A stretch of 64,000 nt of DNA from Aquirufa sp. (GTDB lineage: Bacteria > Bacteroidota > Bacteroidia > Cytophagales > Spirosomataceae). The DNA is taken from NCBI RefSeq assembly GCF_044377215.1, contig NZ_JBILJM010000010.1, forward strand, positions 13,276 through 77,275. Reading direction: 5' to 3'. The notes beneath the pieces are model-generated. The model was not told the DNA's origin. It worked only from the letters and a program-made list of their open reading frames with translations, and made no database searches. This document shows, one piece after another, positions 39,869-50,000 of the stretch (position 1 is the first letter of the stretch; each line of letters starts with the position of its first letter). A program made the translations under genes and the position numbers.

Positions 39869-42103
39869 TTACAAATTAAGCCAATAATTCAATTTCAACA
39901 CCAAAGATCTGTTCCGAATTTGAAAGGTCTCCGGAAAATAATTATCCGTATACACTAAAAACAAATCCGAAGCTGGTTTATAACGCCATTGAAGTCGCGC
40001 ATTCAAATTGATATTTTTGGTTTGTTGGTTCAATTGAAAAAACGTCGCAAAGAACAATTTGTTTGAAAATGTAATATCTATTTTCGGGCGAACAATCCAA
40101 AACTGCGAGGAAACCTTTTTGGCAGCCATCTTTTCAGTACCCGGAATTTCCACATCCTGGATGTCATTATAATCAACCGCCACCGAAACGGAGCCAAAAG
40201 GCTGGAATCGATAACCAATATCACCCGTGATCCCTGTGCGCCAGCCATTTCCAAAATATCCACCAAAACGCGAGGTCAATAAATAGGTAAATGCTTTGAT
40301 AGGTGATGAACCATAACGTATATTCAACGCATACCAATCATGCTCTGAACCGCGCAAAAGCGCCGTATTGCCCATTCGCGTAGCGTCGAAATTATACTGT
40401 AACTTCACAAAATCATACGAATAAAAAACGCCAAAGGTCGAACGATCTTTCATCGTACCACTGTAGGATACATACGTTGTGTTATCTGTATATGCCCCTT
40501 GGTTGTTCCAAAAAGACACGGACATCACCTTCAATGTCGTGTAAAATAAATTGGTGTTTTTATTTTTTGGATAGAATATTTTGGCCGCTTCGGGTTGAAT
40601 TTCGAGGTAGTTGACACGAGGGACGTAGCCAACTTCCGGGTTATAATTCTCACCGACCCACTGTTCTTTAATCGAGAAAGCCCAATCGTTATCCGCGTAA
40701 GCCAATGAAGCCGCTTGAGAAAAGTCGCGCGCTTTGTTTAACGGACTTATTGTATTCGCATAGAAAAGCGAGCCAGTCCAAAAATTATCTTTGGACGCTA
40801 AATTATACTCAAATCCTACGTCCCGGTTATAGGACTGAAATCCATTTGTTTTTTGCAACTCGGTATCAATAAATGACTGTTTATTAACCATATAAACACC
40901 AAAGTTTGACCGAGCAAATAGCTTCCGTTGGAGTGCCACCATCGAGTAATTTTGCGTTGGGATACCTTTGGCGTCGATGCGCTCCGACTGAACATTCAAT
41001 GCCCCAATGCGCCAATCTTGATTTAATTTACCACTCAAGCGCGCACCGTAAGTAATAGGTGTTTGTTCATAAATTCCGGTTTTGGGATTAAGAGCTATCC
41101 CAATCCGTCGAGAGAAAAATGGACGAATACTCTCCGTTCCAAAGCCATCAAACAAGTCCGAATTTTCAATAAAAAATTGGCGCCTCTCGGGATAAAATAA
41201 CTCAAACCGATCCAAGTTGGTTTGTTGGCGATCCACATCCACCTGCGAAAAATCCGGATTCAAGGTCAAGTCCAAATTCAATCCCGAATTAATTGAGACT
41301 TTTATATCTCCTCCGATTTGATTCCGAAAGGTCGTTGGATCCTTCGATTCATAGTTGGCCGTCGCACCCGATAACACATAGGGAATAAACGAAATATTCT
41401 TTTTGGGAGCCGGTGGAGGTGTATCCCAAACAAGCACTCCCGCGTAAGCTAACGAGGCTGTTGGAAATTGACGTGGAACAGGTGCCCAGGCAGATTTTTC
41501 TTTTGCCTTTAAATCATAACGAGAGAAGTTGATGCCCCAGCGTTTCACATTATCCTTATAACGGATCGACTTAAACGGAATGGCTGCTTCAAAAATCCAT
41601 GAATCGGTCTTGTAGGTCGTAGCGGATTCCCATTTATTATCCCAATTCAGATTCACTTTGGCGCCCTCCGACATCTGGCCATCCCATTGGGCTCCAGCGG
41701 CGTTAGCGCCAAATGCAAAACCGGTTGTTTTATCTTCGAATGTGTCGATAAATACCAAGAAATTATCATTTACTCCAAAACCAAAATCACGTTTCATGGA
41801 TTCAACTACATAAGCCCCAGGTTCTTTCAAAAAACATTCCGCTGATATGTATATGTATTTGTCATCGTAGGCAATTTTTACATCTGTACGAACCTGAGCA
41901 CACAAAGAATCGTAAGGATTACACATGACGAAATCGCTAACTGCGGCAGATTCTAGCCAAGCGTTTTCGTTTAACACCCCATCAATTTTTATGGGCCCTG
42001 TACTTTTTTTGATATTTACTTGGAATCGTTCGTTGATTTTTTGCGCATTGGCAATGCCAACAAACATTAATAGGCAGCAAACGAGAAGTATTGATCGATT
42101 CAT
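39869..42103 (-). CDS. CBM9-like N-domain plus DUF5916 outer-membrane beta-barrel protein (start refined)
   Basis: IKIDGVLNE..W, NPDFSQVDVD, PERRQFF and LVLKLNYW motifs. Confidence 0.8.
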   Translation of the reverse strand: MNRSILLVCCLLMFVGIANAQKINERFQVNIKKSTGPIKIDGVLNENAWLESAAVSDFVMCNPYDSLCAQVRTDVKIAYDDKYIYISAECFLKEPGAYVVESMKRDFGFGVNDNFLVFIDTFEDKTTGFAFGANAAGAQWDGQMSEGAKVNLNWDNKWESATTYKTDSWIFEAAIPFKSIRYKDNVKRWGINFSRYDLKAKEKSAWAPVPRQFPTASLAYAGVLVWDTPPPAPKKNISFIPYVLSGATANYESKDPTTFRNQIGGDIKVSINSGLNLDLTLNPDFSQVDVDRQQTNLDRFELFYPERRQFFIENSDLFDGFGTESIRPFFSRRIGIALNPKTGIYEQTPITYGARLSGKLNQDWRIGALNVQSERIDAKGIPTQNYSMVALQRKLFARSNFGVYMVNKQSFIDTELQKTNGFQSYNRDVGFEYNLASKDNFWTGSLFYANTISPLNKARDFSQAASLAYADNDWAFSIKEQWVGENYNPEVGYVPRVNYLEIQPEAAKIFYPKNKNTNLFYTTLKVMSVSFWNNQGAYTDNTTYVSYSGTMKDRSTFGVFYSYDFVKLQYNFDATRMGNTALLRGSEHDWYALNIRYGSSPIKAFTYLLTSRFGGYFGNGWRTGITGDIGYRFQPFGSVSVAVDYNDIQDVEIPGTEKMAAKKVSSQFWIVRPKIDITFSNKLFFATFFQLNQQTKNINLNARLQWRYKPASDLFLVYTDNYFPETFQIRNRSLVLKLNYWLNL

Positions 42104-42130
42104 GCGTTTCAAATAGGTCTAACAGAAAAA

Positions 42131-42188
42131 CAAAGGTAAGTTATTTTCACATGAGACTTGTGGGTCTTATGGGGCTTGATTATTTTTG
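42131..42188. promoter_or_regulatory. Divergent -7 boxes (TACCTTTG on minus at 42131-42138; TATTTTTG on plus at 42181-42188)
   Basis: Both match TAnnTTTG in the 109 bp divergent gap. Confidence 0.5.
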
Positions 42189-42212
42189 CACCATATTTAA
42201 CCGAGACTACCC

Positions 42213-42929
42213 ATGGGAAGAGCCTTCGAATTCCGAAAAGCGAGAAAGTTTAAACGTTGGGGCCAAATGGCCAAAACCTTCACTAAAATAGGTAAGGACA
42301 TCGTGATTGCCGTGAAAGCAGGTGGCGGAGATCCTGCATCGAATTCACGTTTACGTGCCATTATTCAAAATGCGAAGGCCGTTAATATGCCGAAGGAAAA
42401 CGTAGAGCGCGCGATCAAACGTGCGACTTCGAAGGACCAAGAGGATTACAAAGAGATTGTGTACGAAGGATATGCGATGCATGGCATCGCCATTTTAGTA
42501 GAAACAACCACAGATAACATTAACCGTACCGTAGCAAATATCCGTTCCTCGTTTACAAAATGTGGCGGATCTTTAGGAACTACGGGGATGTTGGACTTCA
42601 TCTTCGCCCGCAAATCAGTCTTTAAAATTGCCGCCAAACCGGAAATCGATTTGGAAGAATTGGAATTTGAGTTGATTGACTTAGGTGGCGACGAAGTATT
42701 TTTAGATGAGGAGACGAATCAAATCAACATTTATGGTGAATTCACGGCATTCGGTGGGATACAGAAATTTTTGGAAGAGCGTGGATATGAATTAATGGGT
42801 GCGGATTTCGAGCGTATTCCAGATGAAACGAAAGAATTGACAGATGCGCAAGTGGCTGATGTTGAAAAACTCATCGAGCGACTAGAGGAGGATGACGATG
42901 TGCAAAACGTCTACCATAATATGGGATAA
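42213..42929 (+). CDS. yebC: YebC/PmpR family protein
   Basis: NSRLR, NMPKENVERAIKR, YEGY, TDNINRT and DDVQNVYHN motifs. Confidence 0.93.
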   Translation: MGRAFEFRKARKFKRWGQMAKTFTKIGKDIVIAVKAGGGDPASNSRLRAIIQNAKAVNMPKENVERAIKRATSKDQEDYKEIVYEGYAMHGIAILVETTTDNINRTVANIRSSFTKCGGSLGTTGMLDFIFARKSVFKIAAKPEIDLEELEFELIDLGGDEVFLDEETNQINIYGEFTAFGGIQKFLEERGYELMGADFERIPDETKELTDAQVADVEKLIERLEEDDDVQNVYHNMG

Positions 42930-42932
42930 AGC

Positions 42933-42958
42933 AAAAGGCCAGGAAACTGGCCTTTTTG
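42933..42958 (+). terminator. Intrinsic terminator after yebC
   Basis: AAAAGGCCAG-GAAA-CTGGCCTTTTT. Confidence 0.8.
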
Positions 42959-43000
42959 TTGTATTCTATTTTTGAATAGGAAAAAGCTCCTCCCTCCCTT

Positions 43001-43033
43001 AGCTTTGGCAAACCTCAAAGGTTTGCCAAAGCT
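43001..43033. repeat. 33 bp intergenic palindrome, copy 2 (REP-like)
   Basis: AGCTTTGGCAAACC-TCAAA-GGTTTGCCAAAGCT, a perfect 14 bp stem. Confidence 0.7.
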
Positions 43034-43053
43034 CAAAACCATGAATCCGAGTC

Positions 43054-43767
43054 CTACGGTTTCAGACGATATAAATACGGAGCTTTGTGAGCGCCTCCGG
43101 TGAATTTCTTTTCAATCCGCAGGAGAATATCTAAACTTAACATCTTACGCTGAAAATTAGTCCGCACAATTTTTTTGTCCAAAATCGTCTCATACACCGC
43201 TTGAATTTCCGACATTGTAAAGGTATCCCCCAATAATTCGAAAGCAATTAATTTTTCATCCAAGGACTGCCTCATTGCTTCTAAAGCCTTATTCACAATC
43301 TTATTATGATCTAAAAATAGATGAGGTAGGGCTGCAATATCAACCCAATCTGCGGCATCTGAAATATCACCAGGGTTAACCACCACCTTGGAATAATCAA
43401 CCAAGGCATAATAACCAATGGTTATGTAACGCTTTGACATCCAAGATAAATCATCATCGGGGGATCCCATCGCCGTAGTAACGCTGCGATGCTCCTCCGC
43501 AGCCCGATCATTCCGCTCTAAATCGCCAAAGGTGTAAAATTGCTCTAAGTATATATCTGTCAATCCTGTACGTTCATACAATACCCGCTCAGCCGCCTGA
43601 TCAACATTTTCTTCTACACCCACAAATCCACCAGCCAAAGACCAGACATGCGTATTGTGAAATTTCAGCAACAATACTTTCAACTGATTTTCATGGAAAC
43701 CAAAAATCACACAGTCAACGGAAATTCCTGGCAACCAAAGTTCTGTTTGTTTAAATCTACTTAACAT
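43054..43767 (-). CDS. NrtR-family regulator (degenerate NUDIX sensor plus winged helix; Bacteroides AraR/XylR-like)
   Basis: SVDCVIFGF, LAGGFV..EE...AAERVLYERTGL, LEQFYTFG and RTNFQRKML...GGAHKAPYLY. Confidence 0.88.
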   Translation of the reverse strand: MLSRFKQTELWLPGISVDCVIFGFHENQLKVLLLKFHNTHVWSLAGGFVGVEENVDQAAERVLYERTGLTDIYLEQFYTFGDLERNDRAAEEHRSVTTAMGSPDDDLSWMSKRYITIGYYALVDYSKVVVNPGDISDAADWVDIAALPHLFLDHNKIVNKALEAMRQSLDEKLIAFELLGDTFTMSEIQAVYETILDKKIVRTNFQRKMLSLDILLRIEKKFTGGAHKAPYLYRLKP

Positions 43768-44018
43768 AAGTTTGAATTAATGAGCAAATTTAATTCGCAA
43801 AAATAACATATCTATCTCAATCAAATTAAACCTGTCCTTACAAAAAATCGGACCTCAATGACCCCTCTGGCAAGAAAAATGGTGAATGCAAATCAATATA
43901 AAATGCACCATTCGCCTGCAACAGGGCATTCATTGCTCTTTGTTTATCAATCAAAGCCGTTCGAGCTGAACTAGGCCTTAGAGCAGCAATAACTAATTTT
44001 GCGCCCGGCACTTGCTTC
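43730..44018. repeat. Left copy of a ~290 bp degenerate direct repeat (GDSL 3' end plus NrtR 5' end)
   Basis: Manual alignment to 63459-63750: about 242 matches in 292 columns with 3 single-base gaps. Confidence 0.92.
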
Positions 44019-44167
44019 CTCAAATAATTAAAAACTTCATACCTATAATCGCCATGGCCACTAACTAAATCCGCTGTTGTATCGAAGGCTAAGGCACCAA
44101 TAGGTTTATTCAATAATGTTCCACTCATTACTAGCGATGCATCTTGGATAAAAGCACTTCTGTTCAT
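43838..44167 (-). pseudogene. Chimeric junction ORF: N-terminus of an exported beta-propeller-like protein fused in frame to a frameshifted GDSL C-terminal remnant
   Basis: Second half KQVPGAKLV...HSPFFLPEGSL aligns with the 63486 protein; first half MNRSAFI...GHGDYRY is unrelated to it. Confidence 0.75.
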
Positions 44168-45531
44168 AACACATTATTTTTTACTAAGTTGTAGTTACCA
44201 CCATTATCGATTTTCACTTTAGGATATTTTCTTTTACAGTTTTCCACCCCAATAGACGTTACCTTACTACTCCAACAATAAATATTTTTCATTGAACCCA
44301 TTTCGCACAATTGCATTAAACCTGCATCATCAATGTTAGTTCCAATGATGTTTAGGTAGTGTAATTTGCTCATTTTTTTAAGGTCATTAACTGCACTATT
44401 AGAGGCACGAGTATTAGCGAGATTAAGTTTTAAAACGTTTTTACATTGAACTATAAACTTAAAAGCCTGATCATTAATTTGAGTATTTGCTAAATTTAAC
44501 CAAGCAATGTTATCTTCAATATCTTGTAAAATAGTGAGCTGCTGATTTGAAAGACCGGGTAATCCTACAGCATTTACATCCAAATAAGGACTTCCTTTTG
44601 AGATCGTGTTTACTTCCCAAAGCTTTTCCTTTAGTTTTATAATAACCAAAGAATCTGCTTTTTTTATCGATTTTAAACCTAAACTTGGTTCGGCGCTCTC
44701 AGTTGATCCAGCCAGAAATGCACGAACAGTGTCATTTTTAAATACCTCACTAATGCTTGTTTTTTCTGATGCACCCGTATTAATCCACCAATTTAAAAGT
44801 GCTATTTCATTGCTCGTGAGCTGCTTCTTTCCTTTAGGGGGCATTCGTTTTTTATCATCCAAATCAAGTAAAGTTCTCTTTACCAATTCACTATGTAAAG
44901 CGTCACCAGGTAATATTGCTGGACCAGTTTTCCCCCCTTTAAGTAAACTAGCAAAAGTTTGCATTTTAAGGTTCCCTTTTGTTTTATTTGGATTGTGGCA
45001 ACTGTAGCATTTTTCACTTAAAATGGGTGTAATGAGTTTTTCGTAAACAGTACCATTTGTGGTACTAGTTACAGGAACAAATGCAACCTGGCTAGTATTT
45101 TTGTCAGTACCCTTTGAGTTATCTATCGATATAAAATCAACCCCGTGTGTAAGGCTACCGCCATAATGACCAGCCAATGCTAAAAACAATAGCATAGAAC
45201 AATAAAGCAAATTTGATATTAGCTTAAATTTTGAAAAGCCCGAGCCTTTAGATTTCCAAGCCCACAAGGTAAGCGCTAAAAAACTAAGAATAATACCTGT
45301 CCACTTATGCTTATTTAGCAAATCTATATCGTACTCGGAAGACAGTGAAAGAAACCAACCTAAAATGGCCGCCGCAACTGACGAGACAGCTCCAATTAAT
45401 AATACTAATTGTATTTGTACTGGCGAGGTTCTTTTGGGAAATAGATATTCTAGTATAGCAGCCAATGCGAGAATACCAATTGGAAGATGAACCATCAAAG
45501 GATGAAAACGCCCAAAAAAATCTAAACTCAT
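44164..45531 (-). CDS. DUF2231-like membrane domain plus planctomycete-type cytochrome c (CYSCH) plus leucine-rich repeats
   Basis: GRFHPLMVHLPIG, four TM helices ending GHYGGSLTHG, CYSCH, RMPP and LxxLNLANT repeats. Confidence 0.8.
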   Translation of the reverse strand: MSLDFFGRFHPLMVHLPIGILALAAILEYLFPKRTSPVQIQLVLLIGAVSSVAAAILGWFLSLSSEYDIDLLNKHKWTGIILSFLALTLWAWKSKGSGFSKFKLISNLLYCSMLLFLALAGHYGGSLTHGVDFISIDNSKGTDKNTSQVAFVPVTSTTNGTVYEKLITPILSEKCYSCHNPNKTKGNLKMQTFASLLKGGKTGPAILPGDALHSELVKRTLLDLDDKKRMPPKGKKQLTSNEIALLNWWINTGASEKTSISEVFKNDTVRAFLAGSTESAEPSLGLKSIKKADSLVIIKLKEKLWEVNTISKGSPYLDVNAVGLPGLSNQQLTILQDIEDNIAWLNLANTQINDQAFKFIVQCKNVLKLNLANTRASNSAVNDLKKMSKLHYLNIIGTNIDDAGLMQLCEMGSMKNIYCWSSKVTSIGVENCKRKYPKVKIDNGGNYNLVKNNVL

Positions 45532-47003
45532 GCTAATATATCTTTAATTACCTGACCATGAACATCTGTCAAACGATACCTCCGACCCTGACTTTTATAT
45601 ACAAATTTTTCGTGGTCAATTCCTAGCATGTGCAGTAATGTAGCCTGAAAATCATGAACGTGTACTTTATCTCGGATCACGTTGTGCGCAAAATCGTCAG
45701 TTTGACCATACACTAGACCCGGTTTTACGCCACCGCCAGCCATCCAAGTTGTATAAGCTCCAGGGTGATGGTCACGACCAAAACCTTCTGGCGTTAGTTT
45801 TCCCTGTGAAAAGCTTGTCCGACCAAATTCTCCTCCCCATATCACCAAGGTGTCATCTAATAATCCCCTTTGCTTTAAATCTTTTACCAAAGCCGCCGAG
45901 GCTTGGTCAGTTTGTTTGGTAGCCTTTCGAATACCTGAAGATATTTTACCGTGATGATCCCAGCCCAAATGATAAAGTTGCACAAATCGTACATCCTTTT
46001 CTATAAGTCTTCTTGCTGTAATGCAATTGTGTGCAAATGTGCCCGGCTTGGTCACGTCGGGGCCATACATGTCTAATATATGCTTGGGCTCTTTTGAAAG
46101 ATCAAGGATATCTGGTACGGCCATTTGCATTTTATAGGCCATTTCAGCTTGGGTAATTTGACTTTCAATTTCAGGATCTTGCCATTTTTCATTTTGGACA
46201 ATATTGAATTGCTTTATAAAATCCAAAGCCCTTCTCCTATCTATTCGTTCTACCCCATCGGGTGTTTTTAAAAAAAGCACAGGGTCTTTAACGGATAAAA
46301 ATTGAACTCCCTGGTGGTAAGACGGCAAAAAACCACTACTCCAAGCTGCATTACTTATAGGCTGGTCGCCACCGCCTTTTGATAACATTACAATAAAGGC
46401 AGGTAAATTTTGATTCATACTACCCAAGCCATAACTTAACCAAGAGCCTATGCAAGGTCTACCGCTCAATTGGTTACCCGTTTGTGTAAAAATCATGGCA
46501 GGTTCATGATTTATTTGATCGGTAACCATACTTTTAATAATACATAATTCATCAACTATTGAAGCTGTGTGAGGAATTAGTTCACTAAGATATGTACTGT
46601 TAGAACCATGCTGTGAAAAATTACAAGCTGGCCTGGCTAGCGGAAATGAATACTGGTTACTTGTCATACCCGATACCCTATTGGAACCCATTACCGAAGG
46701 GGGTATTTCTTTACCATGCATCTTGTAGAGCATGGGTTTATAGTCAAAAAGTTCCATTTGAGATGGACCTCCACTTTGAAACAAATAAATAACTCTTTTG
46801 GCAGTAGGCATAAAATGAGGACTTCCAAGTGGCTGGTTTTCTCGCTCTATTAGTTCAGAAATTTCATTGTTTTTTTGAACAACTTCGGACTTTGAATTGC
46901 ATCCAATTAAACCTTGCAATGCAATTCCACCTAGGCCTATTGCAGAGCCTAATAAAAAATCTCTCCTTTTGGCATTATATTGAATTTTATATAAATCGTC
47001 CAT
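45528..47003 (-). CDS. DUF1501 domain protein, Tat lipoprotein
   Basis: KRRDFL twin-Arg, LIGC lipobox; AKRVIYLFQSGGPSQ, GWDHH, GEFGRT, RDHH and VHDFQATLLH motifs. Confidence 0.9.
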   Translation of the reverse strand: MDDLYKIQYNAKRRDFLLGSAIGLGGIALQGLIGCNSKSEVVQKNNEISELIERENQPLGSPHFMPTAKRVIYLFQSGGPSQMELFDYKPMLYKMHGKEIPPSVMGSNRVSGMTSNQYSFPLARPACNFSQHGSNSTYLSELIPHTASIVDELCIIKSMVTDQINHEPAMIFTQTGNQLSGRPCIGSWLSYGLGSMNQNLPAFIVMLSKGGGDQPISNAAWSSGFLPSYHQGVQFLSVKDPVLFLKTPDGVERIDRRRALDFIKQFNIVQNEKWQDPEIESQITQAEMAYKMQMAVPDILDLSKEPKHILDMYGPDVTKPGTFAHNCITARRLIEKDVRFVQLYHLGWDHHGKISSGIRKATKQTDQASAALVKDLKQRGLLDDTLVIWGGEFGRTSFSQGKLTPEGFGRDHHPGAYTTWMAGGGVKPGLVYGQTDDFAHNVIRDKVHVHDFQATLLHMLGIDHEKFVYKSQGRRYRLTDVHGQVIKDILA

Positions 47004-47012
47004 ATTTTTCGC

Positions 47013-50000
47013 CTATTTTCTTGTAAAAAACTCATCAGTATTCATGAGCGTGGCAGCTACACTTGCAAAAGAAGCAAGAGCTACTTTATCTGATGTTGGC
47101 TTTTTATCATTACCAATAGAAAGATACCTAGCCGCTTTGGTGGGTTGCTTTCCAAAATTCTCCTTTTCTGCTTTATATAATTTATTCAGCAGTATAATTT
47201 CTTTAGTTTGAGGTTTTCGTCCTGTAACCAGCCTAAAACAATAATTCAATTGATTTTCTATAGAATTGCCACCGTTGCGAATCGAATGCCAAGCCAAATT
47301 ACGTGCTGCCTCAATAATTTGTGGATCATTAAGCATTGCAAGCGATTGCATCGGAGAACTAGATACTTGGCGTTTTACAATACAAGTTGATCTGTCTGGC
47401 GCATCAAATATCTGTAGAAACGGCACAACGCTTGTTCTTTTTCTTATCGTATAAATACTTTTACGGTATGTATCATCGCCGGTAGAGGTATTGTAAACAT
47501 ATTTCCAAGACTTATCAGTTAGTTCATCCCATAAGCCAGTAGGTTGGTATGGATATACGCTAGGACCACCAATTTTAGATGTAAGTAATTCACTAATTTT
47601 AAGCGCGTTGTCTCGAATCATTTCAGCAGGATATCTATATCTTGGACTACGTGTTAGTAATACATTAGTAGGATCCATTTTAATTGAATTGCTACTTGCT
47701 TCCGCTGACTGCTGATAGGTAGAACTCATGTAAATATATTTAAAGAGTTCTTTTGTATTCCACTTGTGTTCTCTGTACCAAACCGCTAGATGATCTAAAA
47801 GTTCTGGATGAGAGGGTATATCTCCTTGACTACCAAAATTATCTGAACTTGTAACAATTCCTGTTCCAAACAGCAATTGCCATATTCTATTTACGGCCAC
47901 TCTAGCGGTAAGGGGGTTTTGGTCTAAAAATAGCCAATCAGCTAAGCCCAGTCTATTTTTGGGTAAGTCTTTAGGAAACGGTAATATGGCAGCTGGAGTA
48001 GATGGGTAAACCCGTTCTCCAAAACTATCATATATACCTCGTTTTAAAACATACGTAGGCCTAGGTTTAGGCAAATCACCCATTACCATTACTTCCTTGG
48101 TAGAATCTAGCAGCATACTTAGGTTTTTGCGGGCAAGTAATAAGGGGGGGGCTGGATATTTTTTTAGCTTTTTAACAATAGGAAACGGTAATCTTTTAAA
48201 TAAAAAACTAGCTTCGGCGTGAGACAATTGATCATTAAAAAGTTGAAATTCATCCACTTCGCCGCCTGGCATTGATCGGTCAAGAATACGTACCCCGAAA
48301 GTTATTCCGTTATACAAAGATGTTTTATGAATATTGGGATATGACCTTATATGCTTTACCAAATGATCATATTCTACAATTGGGTCTAATTTTTTGCCGT
48401 CTAAATATAGCGAAACACCTTTAGCTTTACTGCTGCCATCATACGTACCTACCAAATGGTACCATTTATTTGTTTGTAGTTTTTCTTTACTCATTACACT
48501 TATAGCGTCATGAGGAAAAGCATGAGAAATTCTAAAATTTAATTGATTATTTTTTAAAATCAGGTCATAACCTTGATAACCGTACCTTTCCACATCGGTA
48601 TTATGAAAAACTGTAGCTAATGGATAATTATTGGGGACTTTAAGCCAAATAGAAAAGGAAAAAGGTTCGTAACGCTCAAAATAACCTACTTTATACGGAG
48701 GTAATGATACTTGAGTTTCATCATTATACTTCAAAGAAAGCCCACTTACACCTGTAGATGTTTCCACTTTTTTAGCTAAAGCACTTAAAGAGTTATCTAG
48801 CTCGTTAATGTAAATTGTTTTTTTAGGCCCTTTAGTTATTAGCTTATCAAAATTTAACTTCGCTACCAATTTATTACTTAAACCTAAAGCCAATTCTTTT
48901 TGGTTTGGGGACTTTACTTCAAGTTTATTATTATTTTGTTTTTTCTCTAAATTCGCTATATATGATTTAAGCTGGCTTATTTTTTGCTCATTCACTTTTG
49001 TTGGCAACAAGAGCGTAGGGCCGGCAACCATATCCTCATTTCCATAATTTGGACTTCCGTTTTCGAACGTACTATTAAAGAAAGCGTACAAGGAGTAAAA
49101 GTCTTTTTGACTTATTGGATCAAATTTATGATCGTGGCATTTGGCACAGCCTACACTCATAGCCATTAGGCCAGTGCCTAAGGTGCTGGTTCTATCTACC
49201 ACATTTTCAACCCGAAACTCTTCCTCAATAATCCCTGCTTCGGTATTTTGTTTATGATTTCGATTAAATCCAGTAGCAAGTATTTTTTCTTTAGAGGTAT
49301 TTGGCAGCAAATCTCCAGCTAGTTGCCATGTAATAAAATCCTTGAAACTTAGGTTTTTATTATAAGCTTCAATTACCCAGTCACGCCACGGACTCATATC
49401 ATAATGCTTATCATCGAGATACCCAAAGCTATCTGCAAATCTTGCTAAGTCTAACCAATAAATGGCCATTCGCTCGCCATAATCAGGGGAGGCCAAAAAA
49501 CGGTCAACCAGTTTTTCATAAGCGTTTGCGCTTGGGTCTTTCAAAAAAGCATCTACTTCTGCAATACTAGGAGCAAAACCTCTGATGTCAAAACTGAGCC
49601 TTCGAATCAGTGTTTCTTTGTCGGCTCGTGGGCTTGGATTTAATTGGGCGGCTTCAATTTTGGATAAAATAAACTTATCGATGTCGTTTTTTACCCAACT
49701 TGTATTTTTAGTCTTGGGAGCTGTAGTTTTTTTAGGCGCAACATAAGCCCAATGTGGTTTGTATTTCGCACCTTGTTTTATCCATTTAACTAATACTGCT
49801 TTTTCATAAGTCGATAATGTTAAATGCGAGGACGGTTCTGGCATTAGATAATCTGGATCCTCACTTAGAATTCGGTGTACAAAATCACTGCTGGAGATAT
49901 CTCCTGGCACGATTGCCATCATACCAGATTCTGTTTTTTTTGAATATGCTGCTTCAGCTATATCAAGTCTTAAATCTGCTTTTTGCTTTTTAGCATCATT

